Below are positions 37,038 through 45,569 of a stretch of 64,000 nt of DNA, piece by piece. The stretch is from IMG/VR virus record IMGVR_UViG_3300047491_001293, positions 1 through 64,000 of that record. One strand, written 5' to 3'. Both the position numbers and the translations under genes were made by a program. The first letter of the stretch is position 1; every line of letters starts with the position of its first letter. The stretch is from a virus. The notes under the pieces are model-generated. The model was not told where the DNA came from, did no database searches, and saw only the letters and a program-made list of their open reading frames with translations.

Positions 37038-38195
37038 ATGGCAAGTAAAGAAGAAAAGACAAGGAAGAAGAATGAATCCCAGGTTCTGGGAAGGTATCCA
37101 GGCTTGTCAATTGTTGGTGAAGAGCATGTTGACCAACAGATCATATCCTCAATCAAAAAGGCCTACAAAAGCATCATTCTAACAGTTGACTCAAAAAGGA
37201 AGAGCGAAAGTGAGCTCATCGTCTGTGATTTTCTCAAACACATAAAAAAACATGGTTTCCACAGCCAGCAAAAAAGCAACAATGTGGTAAACAAGTTCTG
37301 GGACATTTACAAGCCGGGGGCTGGTAAACTTTTGAATGACATCTACGAAAGCATCAAGAGTAAGGAGAATGACAAGCTTGGCTTCTTCATATCAGCCGTG
37401 CACTACACAACCACCATATTGACAAACAAGATATTCAAGTGCTGCAAGCTTGAAAGCATACTGCCGGACACATTCATGCTCTGCTCACTGTATAAGGATG
37501 TATTGCTCCTTAGGTTCCACCAAATACCAAGCAGAGCCACGCCATCTGGCAGGGTGTACAAGCACGAAAAAAGCATAGTGGTTGACGGGAAGGAATATGA
37601 AATATGGTTCACCAAGCATGCACTGGAGCGGATCATGCAGAGGGTGGCAAGTTTCGATGTGATGAAAATCATGGGCGAATTCATGTTCCATGCCCATTTT
37701 GAGTTCAGTGGATTCGGAAAGTTCCAGCACCTTCTTTGTGCCTATCTGGCAACAACCATATCTGGAAGTGTGGCACTCACGGATGAGGACGACATACCAA
37801 CCATGAGTGGGCAGAATCCAGTTGACATGATATCCAAGTATTTGTACTTCCCATTTGTTGTCGAGGACAACAGGATCATATGCAAGAGCGGCTTGATACC
37901 TGGATTTTATGGCACCCCAGAGTTTTTGCTCAGGCAGGCCATAGAGAAGAACAATGTCGTGTTTGAAGGCGAGATGGTTGATCTTGACAAACCCATAAAA
38001 ACCAATGGTGGCAAGATGATCACGCCATCGAAGGTTGTCAGGGATTTTTACGAGAAAAACTGCGATGGTCAAATGGTGAACACCAACAACTTCTATTTCA
38101 TATCTTATATTTTCCACAAGCTTGGCATGACGCAGTACTACATGGGCGAGATGGAGAGCTTCTTCCCGATAATATCAAGAAATATCAAGGAATAA
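37038..38195 (+). CDS. hypothetical protein
   Basis: 385 aa; GGAGG SD; contains FTKHALERIMQR motif. Confidence 0.75.
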   Translation: MASKEEKTRKKNESQVLGRYPGLSIVGEEHVDQQIISSIKKAYKSIILTVDSKRKSESELIVCDFLKHIKKHGFHSQQKSNNVVNKFWDIYKPGAGKLLNDIYESIKSKENDKLGFFISAVHYTTTILTNKIFKCCKLESILPDTFMLCSLYKDVLLLRFHQIPSRATPSGRVYKHEKSIVVDGKEYEIWFTKHALERIMQRVASFDVMKIMGEFMFHAHFEFSGFGKFQHLLCAYLATTISGSVALTDEDDIPTMSGQNPVDMISKYLYFPFVVEDNRIICKSGLIPGFYGTPEFLLRQAIEKNNVVFEGEMVDLDKPIKTNGGKMITPSKVVRDFYEKNCDGQMVNTNNFYFISYIFHKLGMTQYYMGEMESFFPIISRNIKE

Positions 38196-38211
38196 TTCAT
38201 GCAATTGAAGA

Positions 38212-38508
38212 TTACATCCAGTCGTACCAAGTCAAACTCTTGCCATCAGCAAGCTTTTGAAGATGACGGATGTCAACATGATTACTATTGAAGTTGGAAA
38301 CACTGGAATTAAAAGAATTTGGATTTTCTTGTTTGAATTTCTCAATTTTTGGCAGCAAGTCAGGGTTCTGGTTCAATATATCGGTAATTATTTTCATGCT
38401 TTGCTGATCTGTAACAGCCGAAAAAAGATCAGGAGGAATTTGTTCATTTAAAACATTGTCCTTAACTATCAAATTTTCACGAATCAAAAAATCATGGAAA
38501 CTTATCAT
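38212..38508 (-). CDS. hypothetical protein with capsid-targeting-like N-terminus (MISFHDFLIRE)
   Basis: GAGG SD before ATG 38508. Confidence 0.65.
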   Translation of the reverse strand: MISFHDFLIRENLIVKDNVLNEQIPPDLFSAVTDQQSMKIITDILNQNPDLLPKIEKFKQENPNSFNSSVSNFNSNHVDIRHLQKLADGKSLTWYDWM

Positions 38509-38531
38509 TTCAACCTCTTTATTCAAATGAA

Positions 38532-39266
38532 TTAATCAGATTTACCACCGTTATTTTTTATTCTCTCGATCCTCTCAATGTGCTTCAGCCCGCTTTTTTT
38601 TATGTGGCCAATTGTATCATCGACCTCTTTATCCGCATTCATTATACTGATTGCCTGCTTGTCCTTGAATGTGTTTATGCCGAAGTTGAAATCCTTGCCC
38701 TTGAGCCTTCCAGTCCTGTCCATCAATATAAAGGTGACAAGGAGCTTTGGCCTCCTCTCATTCCTTATCATGCCCTTGCCATCGTACATGGTGTTGTAGA
38801 GCTTCCTAGGGAATCCACTCTCTGGCTGCAGTGACATGTGGTTGTCTATGACAAAATGCAAGGTTTCCATGTCCTCGGGAGACAAGGATAGGTACATGTC
38901 CTTTATTGGCCCAGTCAGCTTTTCGATCATTGGCATGTAATGCTTTGGAGACTCGTGCCCGTGCGATTTCACCTTTCCGTCATCGCCAAACTTGCTGGCG
39001 CTGGCTTTGCCGATGTCATGGAACCACGCAGCAAGCTTGAGAACCCTAAGGTCTGAATCGGAAAGGTTCATGTCAAGATTTTTGAAAACACTGTCTGGAT
39101 TTTCCTTGTCCCTTGCGATAAAATTCAAGGCCAGTGGGAGCCGGCTACGAACCATCCTGGTGTGCGTGAACACATCGCCCTCGGCGTGATGCTCGGGGTT
39201 CTGTGGCACTGGCTTCAAAATTTGCCTCAAGGAAACTTCTTTAATTAGGAACTGCTTGAAATTCAT
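38532..39266 (-). CDS. HD-domain phosphohydrolase with capsid-targeting-like N-terminus (MNFKQFLIKE)
   Basis: PQNPEHHAEGDVFTHT...AAWFHDIGK...GHE...NHM...D. Confidence 0.85.
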   Translation of the reverse strand: MNFKQFLIKEVSLRQILKPVPQNPEHHAEGDVFTHTRMVRSRLPLALNFIARDKENPDSVFKNLDMNLSDSDLRVLKLAAWFHDIGKASASKFGDDGKVKSHGHESPKHYMPMIEKLTGPIKDMYLSLSPEDMETLHFVIDNHMSLQPESGFPRKLYNTMYDGKGMIRNERRPKLLVTFILMDRTGRLKGKDFNFGINTFKDKQAISIMNADKEVDDTIGHIKKSGLKHIERIERIKNNGGKSD

Positions 39267-39296
39267 GGTAACCTATATATCCAAAGGTGCAACAAT

Positions 39297-39665
39297 ATGA
39301 GCGTTTTTGAATTGATATCCGACATCCAAAAGAAGTTTGAGAACCTTGACAAGACATGGGTTCGATTCGAGTCAAGGGAAAGGAACGCACTTCTATCAGA
39401 GGTGACATCCAAGATATCAATCCTTCAGAAAATCAGCCTTGCCGAGGATAATTGCATTGGTGACCAATCCATCACCATAAGCCCTCAAAACAGCCAGCCA
39501 GTTGCCCACGACCCAGACTCCCAAGTGTTTGATAGGCTCTTGCAATGTGTCAAGATGCTCGCCTACAGTGGCAAGTTCGACCTCAACGCCATAGCAACAT
39601 ACCTTGACATCAATGTGGACAAGGCAAAATTGCTGATGGATCAGTGGAAATCGGAAAAGAATTAG
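39297..39665 (+). CDS. hypothetical protein
   Basis: 122-aa ORF, AAGGTG SD. Confidence 0.65.
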   Translation: MSVFELISDIQKKFENLDKTWVRFESRERNALLSEVTSKISILQKISLAEDNCIGDQSITISPQNSQPVAHDPDSQVFDRLLQCVKMLAYSGKFDLNAIATYLDINVDKAKLLMDQWKSEKN

Positions 39666-40261
39666 CTTGGTAGGCGCAATATCTTCTTGAAGGATTGCGC
39701 CATCTCATCCATGGCAATCTTGCTTGCCTGGCTGGTTGGCATGCCTTGCTGCAGCTCATCAAACCTTGAAACATATCGTGAATATTGTCTCATGATGATT
39801 TGCTTGTCCAGATTGTTGAAATCGGCAAGGTCATTGTCACTGAAATCACAAAGTTTTGTCAATATGGAGTAAACAAGACCAAGTGTGTACTCGCCGCCAT
39901 CTCTTATGACAAGCGATTTACCGATGTCCATGAAAGATATGCTCTCTCGAATTTCATCAATCTGATCCTCAAAAAAACCAAATGTTTCATTTCTCATCGC
40001 AATGAGGACGGTCTCGTTGTGGCCGACATGCTCAAACTTCAAAATCGCAAAACCACTGTCGCTTTTTGTTTTTTTGAAAAACTTGTCAATGAGCATAACC
40101 GTGCGCTCATGGTCTACGCACACATCAACAATCTCTTCGCTTGAGTCATTGAACACACAAACATGCATCATCTCGCCATGGTATCTCTCGAGCACAAAGC
40201 TCTTTGCGTCTGAGCAAGCCTCAGATGGACTGGCATGCTTAATTATTGTCATGTCGCTCAT
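39662..40261 (-). CDS. hypothetical protein
   Basis: 199-aa ORF; TTTACA-N16-TAAACT promoter-like site upstream. Confidence 0.7.
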   Translation of the reverse strand: MSDMTIIKHASPSEACSDAKSFVLERYHGEMMHVCVFNDSSEEIVDVCVDHERTVMLIDKFFKKTKSDSGFAILKFEHVGHNETVLIAMRNETFGFFEDQIDEIRESISFMDIGKSLVIRDGGEYTLGLVYSILTKLCDFSDNDLADFNNLDKQIIMRQYSRYVSRFDELQQGMPTSQASKIAMDEMAQSFKKILRLPS

Positions 40262-40299
40262 AATGGTAGTTTACTTGAAAAATCACTTGTGTAAAGTGA

Positions 40300-40974
40300 T
40301 CACCATGTAAATATGCCTTTTCTGACACTTTGCGGCTTTGTCGCAGTTGATGGACTTTCCCTCTTCTGAGCCTTTAGCTGTTTCTTACGATCAACATCCT
40401 TGGCCGAAAATTTTGACATTTCAAACTCAAACCTTGCCCCCAGAAGCTCTTGCAGCAAGTCGGTGTGGACATAGTAATCCATACCAAGAGAATTTTCAAC
40501 CAGTTGGTAGCCAGCTGGACGCAAGAAAATTGTGTACAGCTTGTGGTATACGGACTTTTGGTCAACTGTCGATCCATAAAACTGTAGGACTTTTGGCCTT
40601 TCAACCTCAATCAAGGTTTTCACGGCACTGATCACCTCGGTTATGACATGGGTCGGACTTGCGCTTTTTCCAGTAGGCAGGTAGGCACGAACTGGGTGTG
40701 AATCGGATTCTTCCTTGAATGAAATGTTGAAACCCTTGACGCTTTTTATTTTTGACAATGCCTCATGGCCACGGATGCCAAGGTCATGACCCAAGTCGGC
40801 AGCCATAAATGCTTTTGGTATTGGCTGGATCATGACCTCAAAATATCCCATCTTGCCAGACTTGCTTGGTGAGCTGAATGTGTGCGTGAGGACATCACCA
40901 TGCCTCTGCAGCGCAACGGGACTGCTGGATGCAATCACCTCGACAATGTGAAAAAACTCAAAGAAACGAATCAT
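40300..40974 (-). CDS. hypothetical protein with capsid-targeting-like N-terminus (MIRFFEFFHIVE)
   Basis: TATATA-N4-ATG; core related to 16001..16729. Confidence 0.7.
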   Translation of the reverse strand: MIRFFEFFHIVEVIASSSPVALQRHGDVLTHTFSSPSKSGKMGYFEVMIQPIPKAFMAADLGHDLGIRGHEALSKIKSVKGFNISFKEESDSHPVRAYLPTGKSASPTHVITEVISAVKTLIEVERPKVLQFYGSTVDQKSVYHKLYTIFLRPAGYQLVENSLGMDYYVHTDLLQELLGARFEFEMSKFSAKDVDRKKQLKAQKRESPSTATKPQSVRKGIFTW

Positions 40975-41025
40975 AATGTATATATGGGGACATAAATATT
41001 TCATCCATTACAGTTAGGGGAAGAT

Positions 41026-41865
41026 ATGAAAGGCTTTACACATTTTATAGAGACACAAGAGTTGGCCCAAGAACTTTTAAAAATGGGACTGAACCCTTCA
41101 AATTATGATTTGGACAGGATGATAAATGAGGTCGACTGGAAAAAAGCCATTGCGACTGGGGTCTTGGCAGTGGCTCCATTCATAAGTGGCGCAAAACACA
41201 AGGATATTCCAGACAAGCAGCCACAGCCATACACATACAACATCCAGAGATCCTACGAGGATGAACTTTCCATAAAGGCAAAGCAGGATGACAAGAAATA
41301 CCTTGCAGCCGGCGGCCCAAGGTTTGAGGGATCGGTTCCAGGCGCCAATCAATTCGTAAAGTTCAGGAAATCAGAGGCTCACCGTGACATTATCGAAAAG
41401 GCCGGTCTTGATGCCGATTACATACCATCAAATGTGAAGGAATTCGTGTTTGGCTCAAAAATCCAAAGCGTGCACAAGCACTCGGAGACAAGCGGGAGGA
41501 TTGAAGATTTCAAGAGCGGAGTGGTCAAGACCCTTGGAAGAGACAGCTTCGTTGAGATAATCAAATCAGAGAAATTGAAAAATGGTGGATCCTTCATATC
41601 CGCCAACATAAGCGGTGTCATCATGGCCATGGACCAGCAGGATGCCGAAAGAAGGGTGGAAAGCCAAATCGAGAACATAATCAGAGCGAATGGATTTGAC
41701 TTGAATGGCATGTCAGTGAAGGTCCATCGTGAATTCAAGCATGTTGAGCCAGCGCCAAGAAGCACCATAGACTACAAACAAGCACGAGAATGGTACACCG
41801 AGTCAAATGGTGTCAACAAGTTCAAATACAATGCAAGTGTGAGTTTCACCATCAAGCCAAACTAA
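41026..41865 (+). CDS. hypothetical protein with capsid-targeting-like N-terminus (MKGFTHFIETQE)
   Basis: TAAATA box upstream; NE-VDWKKAIATGVLAVAP hydrophobic segment. Confidence 0.7.
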   Translation: MKGFTHFIETQELAQELLKMGLNPSNYDLDRMINEVDWKKAIATGVLAVAPFISGAKHKDIPDKQPQPYTYNIQRSYEDELSIKAKQDDKKYLAAGGPRFEGSVPGANQFVKFRKSEAHRDIIEKAGLDADYIPSNVKEFVFGSKIQSVHKHSETSGRIEDFKSGVVKTLGRDSFVEIIKSEKLKNGGSFISANISGVIMAMDQQDAERRVESQIENIIRANGFDLNGMSVKVHREFKHVEPAPRSTIDYKQAREWYTESNGVNKFKYNASVSFTIKPN

Positions 41866-42674
41866 AACATTTTATCAAGCCAGAGCATGGCTGGAAGATA
41901 TTGTTTTGGCCACAGATAATACCCGAATGCATTCAAGAATTCAACTTTTGGATTCCTGGATTTTTTTATTGTGTCTTTTATGTTCTTGAGATTTTCAAAT
42001 TTCAAATATGGATGCCTTTTCAATAGTCTTTCCCAGAAAACATCTGGATCAAATTTATCCTCTGGCATGAAAAGCTTATCTGATTTCTGCCCAGATCCAT
42101 ATTCATTGGCAAATTCATCTGGTGTGATTTTTTTACCTTTAACATAAAAAGCTTTTATTCTACTTGGATTCAAGTCGCCAACAAACAAGGCTTGGTTTTC
42201 CGTGGAAACGAAAAGCAAATAGGCCATGTATGGGTTGTCACTTTCCCTGACAAAGCTAGGCAAATCTTTGTTCTGCTTGAATTCCATCTCAAACTTTTTC
42301 TTTGCTTTTATTCTTTCAATATTGCCCTTGAAAACTTGCACATACTGGCCTTGGATTCCATATGAACCACTTGGCCACACTGGCGGCTCAAGCTCTTCGT
42401 ATTTGGCAACAAACTCAACAACAACACCATCAGAACCAATAAACTTCTCCGCCGTTTTTACATCAAGAGTCACGAAAAGACCTTTGGGGTTGGTGGCCGC
42501 CTCATAAGAGTATCTTCTCTTGGCTCTGACTTTACCTGACAATCCTTGAGTTGCCAAATTGATGGCATCATTGATGTCGTTGAAACCATGATACACAGTC
42601 AGAGTGTCGCCTTTCTTCAAGGGTTCAGTGGAGTCAAGCTGGTGATGGGTTTCAAGCCATAGTTTAAAGTTCAT
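41862..42674 (-). CDS. ADP-ribosyltransferase-like protein with capsid-targeting-like N-terminus (MNFKLWLE)
   Basis: VYHGF..GL..GLFVT....AEKF..VVVEF..ENQALFVGDLNP.RI; TAAATA-N4-ATG. Confidence 0.6.
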   Translation of the reverse strand: MNFKLWLETHHQLDSTEPLKKGDTLTVYHGFNDINDAINLATQGLSGKVRAKRRYSYEAATNPKGLFVTLDVKTAEKFIGSDGVVVEFVAKYEELEPPVWPSGSYGIQGQYVQVFKGNIERIKAKKKFEMEFKQNKDLPSFVRESDNPYMAYLLFVSTENQALFVGDLNPSRIKAFYVKGKKITPDEFANEYGSGQKSDKLFMPEDKFDPDVFWERLLKRHPYLKFENLKNIKDTIKKSRNPKVEFLNAFGYYLWPKQYLPAMLWLDKMF

Positions 42675-42767
42675 GATTTATTTACCCAACAACGGTTAAC
42701 ACCTGAATGTTTTATTGAGGTTTTCACAAAAAAGACGATAAATACCATCAACGACAAAGGAAAAACC

Positions 42768-43541
42768 ATGGCGAACTTTCTGCGAAAAGAATACATCTAT
42801 GATGATGGCTACTTAATGGATGCCGACAGCGACATCGACAAGGGTCATGAGGAGCATGTGATTGATGCCATCTGTAGGATGTATGCCTATGATTTTGCTG
42901 AAATCGCAGAAGAAATATTGGATAAAAAATTCAACAGAGAAGACCTAAGTGGTGATGAAAACAAAATAAAGATGGAAATTGAAGATTACATAAATCAAAT
43001 AAAAGAATACGGGGAAGGACAAGAACCCGGCGCAATATACGGAATTTACAAAATCATAAGATCTATAGAACCAAGACTAGTTTCAAACCCAAAACTGCAG
43101 GAGGCCATGAATGCATTGTACGGCGACTCAAGGATGTTTGGGTGCAAACATCTTGGATACATAATCATCCGTGGCAACAATTTTGAGGTCTGGAGACTTG
43201 ATCCGGGAACATCGAAAAAAATCGTTGATGCCGTTCACGAAATTGCCAATCAGGATGGATATGGGGTCAGTGACGATGAGATTTCAGAACAAGAAATAAA
43301 TGTATACTCATATGAGACAGAAAAATCAAGAACCTACACGGTAGGAGAATTACAAGGGGGCGGCCTTTTAAAGACAGCATCAATACCAAGCACAAAGGCA
43401 AATGTGTACATACCACCGCTCAAAAAGAAACAATCATTCACCACGAAAAGATTGGGCGGAATGCCTCAAAGCATGTATCATAGCATGGTAAGCACGAGCG
43501 AATGGCTATCATTCAAAGAATGGATTTCAAGGTTTGAGTAA
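42768..43541 (+). CDS. hypothetical protein with C-terminal SFKEWISRFE tag
   Basis: 257 aa; TAAATA box and AAGGA SD. Confidence 0.75.
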   Translation: MANFLRKEYIYDDGYLMDADSDIDKGHEEHVIDAICRMYAYDFAEIAEEILDKKFNREDLSGDENKIKMEIEDYINQIKEYGEGQEPGAIYGIYKIIRSIEPRLVSNPKLQEAMNALYGDSRMFGCKHLGYIIIRGNNFEVWRLDPGTSKKIVDAVHEIANQDGYGVSDDEISEQEINVYSYETEKSRTYTVGELQGGGLLKTASIPSTKANVYIPPLKKKQSFTTKRLGGMPQSMYHSMVSTSEWLSFKEWISRFE

Positions 43542-43542
43542 A

Positions 43543-44304
43543 TTACAAACCGTTGCCGCCATTGTTGAAACCACCACCAAAACCGAATTGATTGTTGCCA
43601 AATTGGTTGTTCCCAAACTGGTTATTGCCAAACCCACCATTGTTAAATTGTCCAAATTGACCATATCCAAACTGCCCACCGCCAAATTGTCCACCACTTG
43701 AAAAAGCACTTCCGCTTACTCCGGCGGTAATTCCTTGCATTGCCATCTGATAATATGGATTGTCAAAACCAATTGGCCTTCCACTCATGCCCATGCCATT
43801 TCCTTGAAAAAAACCACCATTGTTTTGATTAAATCCTCCACCAAACTGACCACCTCCAAATACGCCTTGGTTTAATACACCACCAAACTGACCTCCAAAT
43901 CCACCTTGATTGAATCCCCCTCCAAATTGATTGCCTTGATTAAACACGCCTCCAGACTGGACGAATCCAGTAGACAGTGGAATTTGGTAAAGCTGATGTA
44001 TTCTCATGCCAGGCGTGTTGTTTTGTGTGTACTGTATTGTCCCCTGGACACCACCTGAATTTTGGCTAAAAACACCGCCACCAATACCAGTGGAGCCACC
44101 AATTATGCTGTTCCCTGTGTTGAAATTTACATTCTGGTTGGCGATCTGTGGCTGAACTGTGTTGTTTAAAGGCGGTGGCATAAGCGGCGCTGGCGGCAGA
44201 ATCATTCTGTAGCGCTGAGCCAATGTTGCCTTGTTTGTGCCAAACAATAAGGTAAAAAGAACCAAAATTTTCAGTATTGCTTTGATTGTGTTATTTGCAT
44301 GCAT
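43543..44304 (-). CDS. secreted Gly/Phe/Gln/Asn low-complexity protein
   Basis: Signal-peptide-like N-terminus; GGQFGG, GGFNQ, FGNNQ repeats; start re-called. Confidence 0.65.
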   Translation of the reverse strand: MHANNTIKAILKILVLFTLLFGTNKATLAQRYRMILPPAPLMPPPLNNTVQPQIANQNVNFNTGNSIIGGSTGIGGGVFSQNSGGVQGTIQYTQNNTPGMRIHQLYQIPLSTGFVQSGGVFNQGNQFGGGFNQGGFGGQFGGVLNQGVFGGGQFGGGFNQNNGGFFQGNGMGMSGRPIGFDNPYYQMAMQGITAGVSGSAFSSGGQFGGGQFGYGQFGQFNNGGFGNNQFGNNQFGNNQFGFGGGFNNGGNGL

Positions 44305-44333
44305 TTTGCCCCATGTTGCTGTAAATGTGTCTA

Positions 44334-44879
44334 TCACGACCCGAGGCCGCAAAGACTGTAAAGGTTTTCAAAAGCCAATTGGTCTGCATTCTCAATTATG
44401 TGCAGGCCACCACCAATGTATTTACTCAGGAAGCCATCCATCCTCAATCGCAGTTCGTCAAGCTGGGCCTCATTGTGGTGCCTCCCAGAGGCGCTGTACG
44501 AGCTGTTGCTGTTCTTGCGTATGTAAAAATTGACACTGGGAAATGTGGACTCAAAGATTGCATGGAGGTCGATCAGTGGCTCAAGGAATTTACTGTTGTG
44601 AATGTCTGAATAGAATGCGTTCAACAGAATTGGTGAGTCTGTTATCACAAATTCAACCTTATTGCGGTGAAGAAGCGTGTCCTCACGGTGCATCTGGCTG
44701 GCGGTCAAGTATATCTGGTCAAATGACTTTATCTGCCTGTCTGTGTACGCCCAATCCCTTGCAAGCTCAGAAATGAGCTCACAGATGTGCCCATTTGACT
44801 TGCAGAAATGGAAGAAACCCGTGGCCACGGTTGTCTTGCCAACCGATGGAACGCCAAAAAAATTGATGCGCTTAACCAT
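44334..44879 (-). CDS. NadR/AAA_28-like P-loop kinase
   Basis: G.PSVGKTT, ELISE.ARD, ITDSP.LL. Confidence 0.8.
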   Translation of the reverse strand: MVKRINFFGVPSVGKTTVATGFFHFCKSNGHICELISELARDWAYTDRQIKSFDQIYLTASQMHREDTLLHRNKVEFVITDSPILLNAFYSDIHNSKFLEPLIDLHAIFESTFPSVNFYIRKNSNSSYSASGRHHNEAQLDELRLRMDGFLSKYIGGGLHIIENADQLAFENLYSLCGLGS

Positions 44880-45048
44880 TTTAACCGCTCCCCCTTAGAT
44901 GATAACCAGATAATAGCAAAAACTTGCAAAGTCAACAAATGATATAAAAATTTATAAATGAAACATAAATAGGGCAAGGTCTGGACCTGAGTAGGACGGA
45001 CCAACTGGGCGTAAAACGACAGTTTAACCAACAAAAAGGAGGTGCGCA

Positions 45049-45519
45049 ATGCACTTGTTACCGTCACGCCGAGATGATTTTCTTTTCCCAATCGAAGCCC
45101 ACTTCAACAAGATTTTTGACCAGTTCCTCACTGGGAGCAGCCTCAAGGACTCGCTAAAGGCGACACAAGGCTACCCCAAGATGGACATGTATGAGGATGG
45201 CGAATCCCTCACCGTAAAGGTTGCCGTTCCTGGCCTCAAGCTTGAGGATCTATCCGTTGATCTGGACAGGTCAAAGGGTCTGGCTGAGCTAACCATAGCC
45301 GGCAAGCTGTCCGAGGTTTCAAGATCAAAGGCATCGGCATTCTATGTCAAGGAGCTTCGCCAGTCCGCCTTCAAGAGGACGGTGGCGCTGCCAGACTATG
45401 TCAAGGATGACCCAGATGCAATTCTTGAGGATGGTATCCTGACCCTGCGGTGGGATCTGCCAGAGAGGCAAAAAGATGTCGAGGTTAAGAGGATTACCAT
45501 CAAGCAGAAGCCAAAATAG
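45049..45519 (+). CDS. small heat-shock protein Hsp20
   Basis: YPKMD.YE..AVPG...EDL.V..F.R...LP..A.LEDGILT; AGGAGG SD. Confidence 0.95.
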   Translation: MHLLPSRRDDFLFPIEAHFNKIFDQFLTGSSLKDSLKATQGYPKMDMYEDGESLTVKVAVPGLKLEDLSVDLDRSKGLAELTIAGKLSEVSRSKASAFYVKELRQSAFKRTVALPDYVKDDPDAILEDGILTLRWDLPERQKDVEVKRITIKQKPK

Positions 45520-45539
45520 GTTTCATAGTAGAAATTTGC

Positions 45540-45569
45540 ACGGGCGCCAGGATGGTGCCCGTTTTTTTT
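45540..45569 (+). terminator. rho-independent terminator after hsp20
   Basis: ACGGGCGCCA-GGA-TGGTGCCCGT followed by T-run. Confidence 0.85.
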
